From assembly GCA_963662285.2 (NCBI GenBank), contig CAXXMV010000008.1:576001-640000 (forward strand): a DNA stretch of 64,000 nucleotides, in the 5' to 3' direction. The translations under genes were made by a program, and so were the position numbers. The notes under the pieces were generated by a model. The model saw nothing but the letters and a program-made list of their open reading frames with translations. It did no database searches and was not told the origin of the DNA. Positions within the stretch are counted from its first letter, which is position 1. Each line of letters begins with the position of its first letter. Shown here one piece after another: positions 32,582 through 42,642 of this stretch. Source of the stretch: a bacterium (lineage in GTDB: Bacteria > Hinthialibacterota > Hinthialibacteria > Hinthialibacterales > Hinthialibacteraceae).

Positions 32582-34342
32582 ATGGAATCATCATTGGTAT
32601 TTTGGGATTACGCAATCATCGCCTCATACATGATATTCGCTTTAGGTATTGGCGTTATTTTTTCAAAAAAAGCGTCCAAGAGCACCGAGAGTTATTTTCT
32701 GGGCAACCGTTCCCTGCCCTGGTGGATGATCGGCATATCAATGGTGGCCACCAGTTTTGCGTCGGATACGCCGCTGGTTATCACCGAAATTGTGCGCAAG
32801 TACGGCGTCCAAAGATTATGGTGGGTATTCGTCGCAGTGCTGATGTTGGTAGTCGGCATCTTTCTGTTCTCGCGTCTGTGGCGCAGGGCGGAAATTGTAA
32901 CCGATGCGGAGTTTTACGAACTGCGCTACCACGGGAATTCAGCCGCTTTCCTACGCGCCTACCGCGCTTTCTTTGCTGGCATCATTCAAAATCTGATTAC
33001 CATAGGTTGGGTTACATTCGCCATGAGCACCATCATCACCACCATGACCAGTATGGATAAATGGTGGGCGATCGGCGTCTGCATGATCGTTGCCTTGATC
33101 TATTCAACCTTCTCCGGTTTTTACGGCGTGGTCATAACCGATCTGGTGCAATTTTTTATTGCGACTTTCAGCATGACGGCTCTCGCGGTGATTGCAGTCG
33201 CCAAAATGGGAGGACTTGAGGCGCTGTTCCAAAAAATCGCCGCGACTCCCGGTTTTAGTGAAAAGACGCTCAATCTCTTCCCTGATTTCACCACCTTTGA
33301 TATGGATGTTGTGGCCTTGATAATTTTCGTGTTCGTAATCTGGTGGAGCGACGCCAACGGTTACAACATGCAGCGTATGAGCGCCTGTAAAAACGAACGT
33401 CACGCTATTCTGGCCACCATCTTTTACGCCATTTTCCAAACCACGCGTCCCTGGATGTGGGTTGGAGTAGCCCTGGTCAGCATCGTACTCTTTCCCGATT
33501 TATCCGGCGAGAATTATACCAATACCGAAACTTACGCAATGGTGATGAATACATTTCTGGGACCAGGTATGAAGGGGCTTCTAATAACCGCTTTTCTGGC
33601 CGCTTTCATGTCCACTATAGATACTCACCTCAACTGGGGCGCGTCGTATCTAATGACCGATGTCTATCAACGCTTCTATAAAAAGGACGCTTCGCAACGT
33701 CATTATGTGATGGTCACAAAAATAATCGTTGTCGTGCTGATGTTCGCCGGAGCCTGCCTGGTACCTTTCATGGAATCAATCGAAGGCGCCTGGGTGTTTT
33801 TGGCACTGATAATGGCGGGCAGCGGCATGATCCATTTCGCGCGATGGTTCTGGTGGCGTATCAACGCCTATACCGAGATCACCGCCCTGACCCTGGGATT
33901 GATTGGCGGCATACTGCACTTATTCCTACCCGATTCGGTTGTCCTATTCGGCTTTCCCTGGTCGGAGTTACCCTTTGAAATTAAAATAGCGCTTTACACC
34001 GGTATCATTGTTCCCATCAGCATCGCCGTAACTTATATGACGCCCCGCGTACCAGTGGAGAAACTGGATGCCTTTTATCGCAAAGTTCGTCCGGGAGGCT
34101 TCTGGGGCGTCCTCAGCAAAGAAACGCTTGCTCTTCCCGGCAAAGCGGTAAACAAAACAACTCTGATGGACATCGCAGCCGGTATATGCCTCTGTTTTGG
34201 AATTTCTCTCGGAGTGGGTTACGCCATATTGCTTCAGCCATCCAAGTCAGCTTTTTGTCTATCGTTAGCCTTAATAGGCGGCATCCGTATGTATTTCTGG
34301 TATCAAAAAGAAGTTAAAGAGTTGGAATTAAATAAAGGTTAA
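32582..34342 (+). CDS. Sodium:solute symporter
   Basis: YFLGNRSLPWW; SMVATSFASDTPL; AAFMSTIDTHLNWGASY; about 14 TM segments. Confidence 0.92.
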   Translation: MESSLVFWDYAIIASYMIFALGIGVIFSKKASKSTESYFLGNRSLPWWMIGISMVATSFASDTPLVITEIVRKYGVQRLWWVFVAVLMLVVGIFLFSRLWRRAEIVTDAEFYELRYHGNSAAFLRAYRAFFAGIIQNLITIGWVTFAMSTIITTMTSMDKWWAIGVCMIVALIYSTFSGFYGVVITDLVQFFIATFSMTALAVIAVAKMGGLEALFQKIAATPGFSEKTLNLFPDFTTFDMDVVALIIFVFVIWWSDANGYNMQRMSACKNERHAILATIFYAIFQTTRPWMWVGVALVSIVLFPDLSGENYTNTETYAMVMNTFLGPGMKGLLITAFLAAFMSTIDTHLNWGASYLMTDVYQRFYKKDASQRHYVMVTKIIVVVLMFAGACLVPFMESIEGAWVFLALIMAGSGMIHFARWFWWRINAYTEITALTLGLIGGILHLFLPDSVVLFGFPWSELPFEIKIALYTGIIVPISIAVTYMTPRVPVEKLDAFYRKVRPGGFWGVLSKETLALPGKAVNKTTLMDIAAGICLCFGISLGVGYAILLQPSKSAFCLSLALIGGIRMYFWYQKEVKELELNKG

Positions 34343-34423
34343 ACATAACGATAACCAATTATTACGTCATCCCTTCTCCTGGCGGGTTACTCTCCGGACA
34401 CAAGTCAGGATAGGATAATGAAA

Positions 34424-34760
34424 CGGGGAGCATCATAGAATAGGGAGCATCATAGAATGGGGAGCATCGGCTTCTAGCCGGTGTGTCAAAGAGGATAGAA
34501 TGAGCCCCATTACGCATAATCATTTCCATGGAAATAGGGGGATGAAATTGAATAACCGATTTGTGTTGTGATGCCGGATCACGTGCACATACTCCTTACG
34601 CTATTGGCATTCGATCACAACAATACTTCATAGCATTAAAAGTTATTCATCAATAGAAGCAAACCGGTTAGGAAGGGATTGGTTGAAATCGTGGAAGAGG
34701 GATTGGCGCACCGGCTAGAAGCCGATGCTCCCCTTTTTGATGTTCCCCTTTTTGATGCTC
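34424..34760 (+). pseudogene. Decayed REP-associated tyrosine transposase (RAYT) between inverted REP-B copies
   Basis: 34562 onward reads CVVMPDHVHILLT (HUH motif); a shifted frame reads ILHSIKSYSSIEANR; perfect 25-bp inverted REPs at 34459-34483 and 34709-34733. Confidence 0.78.
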
Positions 34761-34898
34761 TATGTTTATTGATAGAGTTTTTTTTCAGTTTATCAGAGGT
34801 AGGTGTATTGCCACTGCTTCAATTTCACAACAATGTGTACTGAGAGTAGCCCGGTGGGAGAGGGTGAGGAGTATTTTAGAATTACTTAAGTTTTTGAA

Positions 34899-34946
34899 CG
34901 CAACCCCCCTCTAACTCCCCCCAAACTTGGGGGGAGAATTTTAGCC
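34899..34946 (+). repeat. REP-like family C (CTCCCCC..CTTGGGGGAG hairpin)
   Basis: 47/48 identical to the reverse complement of 62044-62091; a 24-bp variant is identical at 14913-14936 and 62118-62141. Confidence 0.85.
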
Positions 34947-34982
34947 ATAACGCTTTATATCAAACATTTAGGGAGCCTTACC

Positions 34983-36083
34983 ATGATAAATCGATTAAAG
35001 AACCAACTATTATTAACCATCGATCAATTTACCCCCTCTGATCCTCAAATGGAAATTGTAGGGATATTTAATCCCGGCGTGGCAGTTATGGATGACGAAA
35101 TTATTCTATTGGTTCGCGTCGCTGAAGCCCATCTGGAAACTACTGAGGATGTTTTTTATTCTCCCAAAATCAGCAATAAAAATGGTGACATATCATATAC
35201 ATTCGAGAAACATCAAAGCCCCGATTACAAGGAACAATTATCGGTCAGTCAATCCAATGTAAACGACAAAACCCGCCTACCCCACATTTCACATTTTCAA
35301 ATTGTCCGGTTGGATCGTGATGGTTACACGGTTAAATCCATCGAAACCCATCCAGATTTGTATGGCGGCATACTTGATTGCGAAGAATACGGCATCGAAG
35401 ACGCCCGCATCACCCAAATCGAAAATACCTATTACATAACCTATGTAGGCGTCTCCTCGACCATGAATGTATGTACCTGCCTGATGAGCACTAAAGATTT
35501 CAAGCATTTCGAACGGCATGGCATTATCTTCGCTTGCGAGAATAAGGATGTGATCATTCATCCTGAAAAAGTCGATGGCATGTATATGTGCTACCATAGG
35601 CCAGTGCCATCGATGCAGTTTTTGAAGCCATCTATATGGACTGCGTTATCGCCTGATCTTCTGCACTGGGGACAACATAAATCTTTTCTTCCGGTCAACG
35701 AACATCCCCAATGGGATTCTTACCGCAATGGCGCGGGGACGACCGCCATCAAAACGCCGCGGGGCTGGCTGCAACTATATCATGGAGTGAAAATAATCCA
35801 GTTCGATCCCGCTCCCGTTCCCCGGTATACAGCTGGCGCAGTATTGGCCGACCGGGATAATCCAAGACAGGTAATAGCAAAAACTCAATCTTGTTTGCTG
35901 GAACCGGAACAGGAATTTGAGAAAAAGGGATACATTGATAACGTATTGTTTCCAACCGGATGGGTAGAGGATAAGGATAATCCCGGCAACATGATTATCT
36001 ATTACGGCTGCGCCGACGCAAACATCGCCGCTGTGACGCTTTCCATCGAAGATATTTTGAATACGCTTCCGATAAGAGGTTAA
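34983..36083 (+). CDS. GH130 mannoside phosphorylase/glycosidase (beta-1,2-mannoside type likely)
   Basis: FNPGVA..LLVRVAE; YGIEDARIT; ENKD; YHRP; LYHGV; NVLFPTG; YYGCAD. Confidence 0.88.
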   Translation: MINRLKNQLLLTIDQFTPSDPQMEIVGIFNPGVAVMDDEIILLVRVAEAHLETTEDVFYSPKISNKNGDISYTFEKHQSPDYKEQLSVSQSNVNDKTRLPHISHFQIVRLDRDGYTVKSIETHPDLYGGILDCEEYGIEDARITQIENTYYITYVGVSSTMNVCTCLMSTKDFKHFERHGIIFACENKDVIIHPEKVDGMYMCYHRPVPSMQFLKPSIWTALSPDLLHWGQHKSFLPVNEHPQWDSYRNGAGTTAIKTPRGWLQLYHGVKIIQFDPAPVPRYTAGAVLADRDNPRQVIAKTQSCLLEPEQEFEKKGYIDNVLFPTGWVEDKDNPGNMIIYYGCADANIAAVTLSIEDILNTLPIRG

Positions 36084-36224
36084 TTTTGAGTTCCATCACT
36101 CCTCTGAAGAGGTCTAGAGTGAGGGCGCAACGGAAAAACAAACTGAACAAAAGACGAGAGATTATTAAAAATCAGGTTCGTTAATCATTGCGAATAAGAA
36201 TAATATCAAGCAAAACTCTCAACC

Positions 36225-36710
36225 TTAATAAATAATGTTATCAGGCGGTTCTAACTTGATATGTGATGGATCTGAAACAAAAGTCCATTTGTCTCTAGGA
36301 AAGATAAACTTATCCAAAGCGCCAGTTCCCCCACCAGATAACATTAAGCAAAAGCAAGCGCCTGATAATAGAATATGATACTCATAACCATTGGCTGAAA
36401 TAAAAAAGCCATTTGCATAGTGAATAAACCAGATTGAACCGAGCATGATGATTGCCAGCAATAGAGAGAATTCACGAGTTAATAATCCAATTAAAATACA
36501 AATTCCTCCCACCAATTCAACCAAAACAACAATCCAAGCGGTGATGTAAGGCAAAAAAATCCCCACATCTGAAAAAACCCTTATGAATCCAGTCATACCC
36601 TCTCCAGTAAAAATCCTGGCATATCCATGGATAATAAAAATCGATGCTACCGCTAGACGCAAAATCAACAATCCCAAATCACGATAATTATAAAGGGTGC
36701 GTTCAAGCAT
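36225..36710 (-). CDS. DoxX family protein
   Basis: LLILRLAVASIFIIHG; ELVGGICILIGLLTR; GYEYHILL; GGGTGALD. Confidence 0.88.
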   Translation of the reverse strand: MLERTLYNYRDLGLLILRLAVASIFIIHGYARIFTGEGMTGFIRVFSDVGIFLPYITAWIVVLVELVGGICILIGLLTREFSLLLAIIMLGSIWFIHYANGFFISANGYEYHILLSGACFCLMLSGGGTGALDKFIFPRDKWTFVSDPSHIKLEPPDNIIY

Positions 36711-37230
36711 TTCTCAATCCTTTCCAACAGAAAAAAAATCCAATATGTTCCTCCCCCACAAAGCAACTAAACCAAGTTACCTCATTCTTGCACTCATTCA
36801 AGACTGGTGAAATCACAATTTACATCAAAGAATCAAAAAAAAATTCAAACGAATGCTAATTAGTAGAAGAATAATTTAAACAAAAACGTTATTAATCACC
36901 TGTAACGTGTAAAAGATTAACTCAAAAAACACGTAAAGCGATTAAAAATGTGCATATTTTCAATGACTATATTTATTAATCATCATCATCCCGCTAATAA
37001 AATCGAATTATTATCTTAAAAGTCCCTCAAACCGATATGATTTTAATATCCATATATGCTATTATAAATTATTACCGTTAAGGATAATCTCCACCAATAA
37101 TTCAATCTCTAAATGGTTTGAGAGAAATTGAGAGAAATCCCGATACGTCAACCTGTACATTACTATTGACGCATCCATGCGGTATAAAATTTTAAAACAT
37201 ATTAAAATGAATTGAATAACTAATTGAATT

Positions 37231-39135
37231 ATGACAACTTTTCAATCTTCCGACGCTCTGTTTAAGATCAACTTAAAAGCATTGGAGAAGACTCATCCAT
37301 CGCTCAGCGGCCAACTGATACATCACGTTCCATCCGCAGATTTCAGGTGGATTGACACTCAAACGCCCGATCCTTCACTGGAATTGATTTCGACCAAAGA
37401 ACAGGATTCTATTCTTTTTCACAGCCGCCACGATCCCAAACAGGAAGCGTTGCGGCAAATCAAACCACTTGCTCTAGACTCGCCAGTAGTTTATATCTTC
37501 GCCGGTATTGGACTGGGATATTCTTTGGAATGCCTGTGGGAAGAATATCCCACCAACATCAACTCAATATTGTTAATCGAAAAAGATATTGAAATATTAT
37601 ATTATTTGCTGCACCGACTGGATTGGTCTCTTCTTCTGGTTAATCCACGTATTCGAATAATCCTGACGGATGCGCCAGAAAGAATTCTTGATGATATACA
37701 GCCATTTCTACCGCATATCATGGGCTGCGGCGTAAGGATTATCGATCATCAGCCATCTTTCAAACGCCATCCTAAATATTATTCCGCCACTATAGAACTG
37801 ATTAGGCAATACCTGCAACGCGCTGCTGCTGAGAGTGAGTTTCTTATACAACATGGGGGATTGATTCAGCGCAATGCAATTCTTAATCTTCCCGCAATGT
37901 GTTCGAGTCATGGGCTGGGTCCGTTGCGAGGTCATTTCCGCAATCAACCGGCTATCTTAATCGGGGCGGGACCTTCGCTCAACAAGAACCTGCATCATCT
38001 TGTATCGGAACACTCGGAATTACTGGTGTTTTGCGTTGATACGGCATATAAGATGGTGCGTGAAATTGGTATATCACCTGATTTCGTGGCAGCCGCCGAT
38101 CCGACTGAATTGAACTTAAAACATTTTGAAGGCATCGATTCAGATACTCAGGAAGTGCTGATATTTGAGTCGGATGTTTATCCTGATATACCCCGATTAT
38201 GGAAAGGCCCCAGCATCTTCCTTAATTCTGAGAAAACATCCATCAATCGCTGGATTGAAGATATCGCCGGACCATTCGGTATATTCGATCAAGGCTTGTC
38301 GGTGGCTCATACGCTATACAATGCAGCGGCATGGATGCAATGCAATCCTATCGTTTTGATTGGATTTGATCTGGCTTATCCTCCCGAAGGCGGAACAACT
38401 CATGCCCAAGGTACAGTTCTGAACCGCAAAGTAGCCAAAGCGAAAATAGAAGAAGAGCGGGTATCAATCGGCCCGGCGGACTTTCATCCCGGGGAATCGA
38501 AAGAAAAGATCGAATGGGTGCTCGGCGTCCGGGGCGACCACGTACCAACCTCGAAGACCATGGCTATCTTTCTTAAAGAGTTGTCCAGCCGCATCAAGAA
38601 ATCCGATATAACCGTTTTTGATGCAACTGAGGGAGGCGCCTTAATAGAAGGGACAATTCCCACTTTGCTATCGCGTATTCTGCCGACCCTGGATAGGAAT
38701 AAAAATGTAAACGATATTGCGCCATTTCTAAAAGACCACCAGGACCCGCAGGAAATCCGCAGACTTAAGGCCTTTGACCTTCTGCTGGAAGGTTTAGAGA
38801 GTGCAACCCGACTGGCGCAAGATGGATTAAAACAAACCCGGACTCTATTACAAAGCGCAGACGTTAATTTACGGAATAAACCGGAATGGGAAGAAATCGA
38901 TAGATTATTCTGGATAGTTTACCGCGACCAGAGTATTCAAACGGCTCTGGGACAAGCGCTATTTTCAAGCCTGTTTCTTTTCATCCGTCAGGAAAAGGGT
39001 GAAACTGACCAAGACCGGTTGAAAAAATACGATAATGTATTTGATTCTATAATTCGCTTAAGCAAAGAATTCATCCCATACCTACGCGCTTCACGCGAAA
39101 TTATTGAGAAATCCTGCCAAGGAGAAGCGCTTTAA
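37231..39135 (+). CDS. Maf/DUF115 (MptE-like) glycosyltransferase-family protein
   Basis: HSRHDP.QEA; GIGLGY; IGAGPSLNKN; VDTA; SVAH; LIGFDLA; DATEGGALIEGT. Confidence 0.82.
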   Translation: MTTFQSSDALFKINLKALEKTHPSLSGQLIHHVPSADFRWIDTQTPDPSLELISTKEQDSILFHSRHDPKQEALRQIKPLALDSPVVYIFAGIGLGYSLECLWEEYPTNINSILLIEKDIEILYYLLHRLDWSLLLVNPRIRIILTDAPERILDDIQPFLPHIMGCGVRIIDHQPSFKRHPKYYSATIELIRQYLQRAAAESEFLIQHGGLIQRNAILNLPAMCSSHGLGPLRGHFRNQPAILIGAGPSLNKNLHHLVSEHSELLVFCVDTAYKMVREIGISPDFVAAADPTELNLKHFEGIDSDTQEVLIFESDVYPDIPRLWKGPSIFLNSEKTSINRWIEDIAGPFGIFDQGLSVAHTLYNAAAWMQCNPIVLIGFDLAYPPEGGTTHAQGTVLNRKVAKAKIEEERVSIGPADFHPGESKEKIEWVLGVRGDHVPTSKTMAIFLKELSSRIKKSDITVFDATEGGALIEGTIPTLLSRILPTLDRNKNVNDIAPFLKDHQDPQEIRRLKAFDLLLEGLESATRLAQDGLKQTRTLLQSADVNLRNKPEWEEIDRLFWIVYRDQSIQTALGQALFSSLFLFIRQEKGETDQDRLKKYDNVFDSIIRLSKEFIPYLRASREIIEKSCQGEAL

Positions 39136-39165
39136 TAACGATTAGAGAATGATCCGGTTCAACCG

Positions 39166-40155
39166 TTATTCAAAAGAATTATCACTTAGGTCATAGTATT
39201 CAATAGACCGGTAAACGATGCGTATGGGGCATTGATATGAAGTATCCACCCGCGCAGTAGATTCGTGTTTTTCAATCCAATTGCCATGATCATCATATTT
39301 ATAGCGGTAAGCTTCGCAATCTGAAAAATATCCCCCGCGACTGTAAACTGTCATTCTTGAAATATCACCCTGATCGTTGTATTGGAATAAGCGGCGAAAT
39401 TCTATGCGCCCATCTTTGGAAAAAGCCATAATTTCAGTTTTACGCCCCTGGTCATCATGCGTATAAACCATTGAAGCTATTACGGCTTCACTCTTATTAA
39501 TGATGATCGAACTGGCAATATTTCCATCCGGGCCATAGCGATGTTCTTCTTTAACTTCTATATTTTGGTCTTTATCATAATTGGTAAAAGAGAGCAAGTT
39601 GTTATTTGCATCATACTCATAGACAGTTTTCAGTATGATTTGACCGTCTTTCAATTCATGCTGTTCTTTTAATATTCCCCGATCATCATATATAAAGCGA
39701 ATTTGCTTATCCAGTTTGCCATCGTAGCGATAAATATCGCTTTGGCTTCGTCGACCATTGGAATCATATAGATATGTTCCCTTAGTTATCAGGATATCAT
39801 TTTTTTTATACTTAATTTCACTCTGAATTTTGCCTTGATCAGAAATCGAACGCTGCCAGCGATACGTTAAATCGCCAACTTCAGAATAGAACAAGCGCTC
39901 TTTCAAGATGCCATTTTCACTAAAACTGCATATAGATGATAAATAACTAGACTCAGCATATCTTTTATCAAGCAGACCATGATACCAGGATTCTTTAATA
40001 GTCACAGATTTGACAGGTCCACTAATGTCATCCGTATCTGAACTTACAATTAAAAATTGCTCTTCAACCTCAGCAAATCCTCCAGAGCACAAAAGTAATA
40101 CTATCAAACCAAACGTTAACTGTTTCAATGTTTTATAAGAAAAGAATGAAAACAA
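39166..40155 (-). CDS. Secreted YD/RHS-like repeat protein
   Basis: Signal peptide; GPVKSVT; repeated Y.YD..G; YKYDDHGNWI...RSIEYY. Confidence 0.65.
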   Translation of the reverse strand: MFSFFSYKTLKQLTFGLIVLLLCSGGFAEVEEQFLIVSSDTDDISGPVKSVTIKESWYHGLLDKRYAESSYLSSICSFSENGILKERLFYSEVGDLTYRWQRSISDQGKIQSEIKYKKNDILITKGTYLYDSNGRRSQSDIYRYDGKLDKQIRFIYDDRGILKEQHELKDGQIILKTVYEYDANNNLLSFTNYDKDQNIEVKEEHRYGPDGNIASSIIINKSEAVIASMVYTHDDQGRKTEIMAFSKDGRIEFRRLFQYNDQGDISRMTVYSRGGYFSDCEAYRYKYDDHGNWIEKHESTARVDTSYQCPIRIVYRSIEYYDLSDNSFE

Positions 40156-40432
40156 ATTGATTCTCCATTATTTATAATTTTTAGCCTAATTTATTGTATC
40201 AACTTTTTTGACAAACCGCGATACCATGAATATTACCATTATCCATCTACGATCACTTGGTCGGTCGTTCCATATTTTCTACATGACTACAACATCTCAA
40301 AAATTCCTGTGACCAGTGAATTTATGAAGAAACGAAAACCTGCTATAGTTAATCTGAATATGAACGTTTTTATGCAATAATGTCTATCGCACGATATTTA
40401 TAGAATCGCTCCAGATATACAAAGGTTGAGGA

Positions 40433-42250
40433 ATGGCCGATACGGATCAGGTAAAACAACAGATACTCGAACAAGCCGATATCGCAGATGTTATATCGCA
40501 ATACGTCCAGCTGCAAAATCGCGGCGGGCGCTTGTTCGGCTTATGTCCATTCCACAAGGAAAAAACTCCCTCCTTCACCGTAAATCCGGATAGAGGCTTC
40601 TATCATTGCTTCGGTTGTGGAAAAGGTGGAAATGTAATTGATTTCGTCATGAGCATAGAGACGCTTACCTATCCAGAAGCCAAACGCCATCTGGCGTCTA
40701 AACTGGGCATTCAGATTGAAGCCCACACCGGGCCGCAACGCCCGCACCAGGATATAGACCGCTACCAGGTAATGGATCAGGCGACCCAGTTCTACATCAA
40801 ACGTCTGCATAACAACCGTTCGGTAATGGGCTACCTTAAATCGAGAGAACTGACGCTGGAAGATATCAAGCAATTCGCTTTGGGCTACTCGCCGGATGCA
40901 TGGGATGGGCTGCGTTCGGAAATGCAAAGAAGAAACATACCGGAGAAGGTATTGGAAGAGTTGGGGCTGATCATCCACAACAAAAACAAGAATAGTTATT
41001 ACGACCGGTTCAGAAACCGCGTAATGTTCCCTATCCGCAACACCCTGGGGCGGGTGATCGCCTTCGGCGGGAGAAGCCTTGATCCCAATGAACAGGCCAA
41101 GTACCTCAACAGCAACGACACCTCTCTGTTCAATAAATCAAAAGTACTTTATCTATTGGATAAAGCCAAGGATGTCCTTAAAGAACGCGGCGTGGTGCTG
41201 GTCGAAGGATATATGGACGCCATCGCCATGCATGCGCAGGGATTTCAACAGACGGTGGCCTCGCTTGGGACGGCGCTGACCGCTGAGCATATCCATATAC
41301 TGCGCCGATATACCAATGATTTCACCCTGCTATATGACGGAGACCCAGCTGGCGTAAAAGCGGCCATGCGTGGAGTGGAACTCTTCTTTGAAAACGGACA
41401 TACGGTTCGTGCGGCGTTGTTGCCTGACAAGATGGACCCAGACGATTTCATCAAGAAGCATGGCAAGGAAGCCATGCAGGAATTCCTCAAAAAGGCTGAT
41501 GACGGCTTCAATTTTTATACGCAACAATTAGCCAAAAACCATGATCCCAAAACCACCCAGGGAAAATTAGACCTGGTCGATGCAGTCACTCCCCTTTTGG
41601 CGAAGATCAAAGACTCTATTTTCAGGAATGATTGCATGCTTAAGATGTCCACCATTATAAACCAGGACGCCGAAGCCATTAAAGCAACCATCAACCAGAA
41701 ACTTAAGCAGGGGAAATTCAGAACCTACCCGACTCAAACCCAGGCGCCAAGCCAGGAATTACAACAAAAAAAGGTAGACCCGTTAGCATTCATCAAAAAT
41801 TACTTAATCCGGCTGCTGGCCTTTCATCATGGTTTCATCCTTCCCGAAGGCATCTATGAAACCCATAATATTGTTCTTTTCAACGCCCAAAAGCTTGAAG
41901 AATTATCATCCTTGATTCAAATTATAAATGAAAATTCGATTCATGACATAATTATCAAACGCCTGCTAACGGCTCAACAAACCATCACAGGCGGCAATCA
42001 TGCTGCACGCATCGCTGAGTTGTTCCCCGATAACCGGGAGCAATCAGCGTTTATCGCTATAACTGAAGTTAACGACCTGCCCGGTAATGAAGAAGAATTA
42101 CGCCAAATGCTAGATCAACTGATTGAAATAATCCAGAATAGAAAAGATAAACTTAAGGAGCGTGAGATCAGGCAAAAAGCCAATGATGATCCTAAAAAAG
42201 CCTTACAGGAATTGAATGACCTGCTGTTAGGCGGGAAGAAATCTACGTAA
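40433..42250 (+). CDS. dnaG: DNA primase
   Basis: CPFHKEKTPSF..CFGCG zinc finger; DRFRNRVMFPI; KYLNS; EGYMD; YDGD.AG; DPDD. Confidence 0.97.
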   Translation: MADTDQVKQQILEQADIADVISQYVQLQNRGGRLFGLCPFHKEKTPSFTVNPDRGFYHCFGCGKGGNVIDFVMSIETLTYPEAKRHLASKLGIQIEAHTGPQRPHQDIDRYQVMDQATQFYIKRLHNNRSVMGYLKSRELTLEDIKQFALGYSPDAWDGLRSEMQRRNIPEKVLEELGLIIHNKNKNSYYDRFRNRVMFPIRNTLGRVIAFGGRSLDPNEQAKYLNSNDTSLFNKSKVLYLLDKAKDVLKERGVVLVEGYMDAIAMHAQGFQQTVASLGTALTAEHIHILRRYTNDFTLLYDGDPAGVKAAMRGVELFFENGHTVRAALLPDKMDPDDFIKKHGKEAMQEFLKKADDGFNFYTQQLAKNHDPKTTQGKLDLVDAVTPLLAKIKDSIFRNDCMLKMSTIINQDAEAIKATINQKLKQGKFRTYPTQTQAPSQELQQKKVDPLAFIKNYLIRLLAFHHGFILPEGIYETHNIVLFNAQKLEELSSLIQIINENSIHDIIIKRLLTAQQTITGGNHAARIAELFPDNREQSAFIAITEVNDLPGNEEELRQMLDQLIEIIQNRKDKLKEREIRQKANDDPKKALQELNDLLLGGKKST

Positions 42251-42642
42251 TCACCTAAATCTAAACCGATAGATATAGGAAATGATAAGATATAAAAAGG
42301 GGGGTAAAATGAAAAGCCCCCCCCCACTCAATATTACAATTCTAATTATCTGGGCAAGATCCTAAAGAATCATCGTCTGGAGCATCACAATCACCCAGTG
42401 GAATATCATTACCTTCTGAACATCGATTCATCAAGGTATCATCATTGTTACCTTCTAGAGCACAATATTCGTACTCTAATATAGCATCATCAACATGATA
42501 ATTTTTTATATCGACTGTGTTATGTTGACCACTTACATACTGACACCTTTCGCAATCGCTGTTATCGTTAATTACAGTAGCAACGCAAATGTTACAATCA
42601 TCATCATCATCACAAGTTACTTTTGCTGGACAATAATGACAG

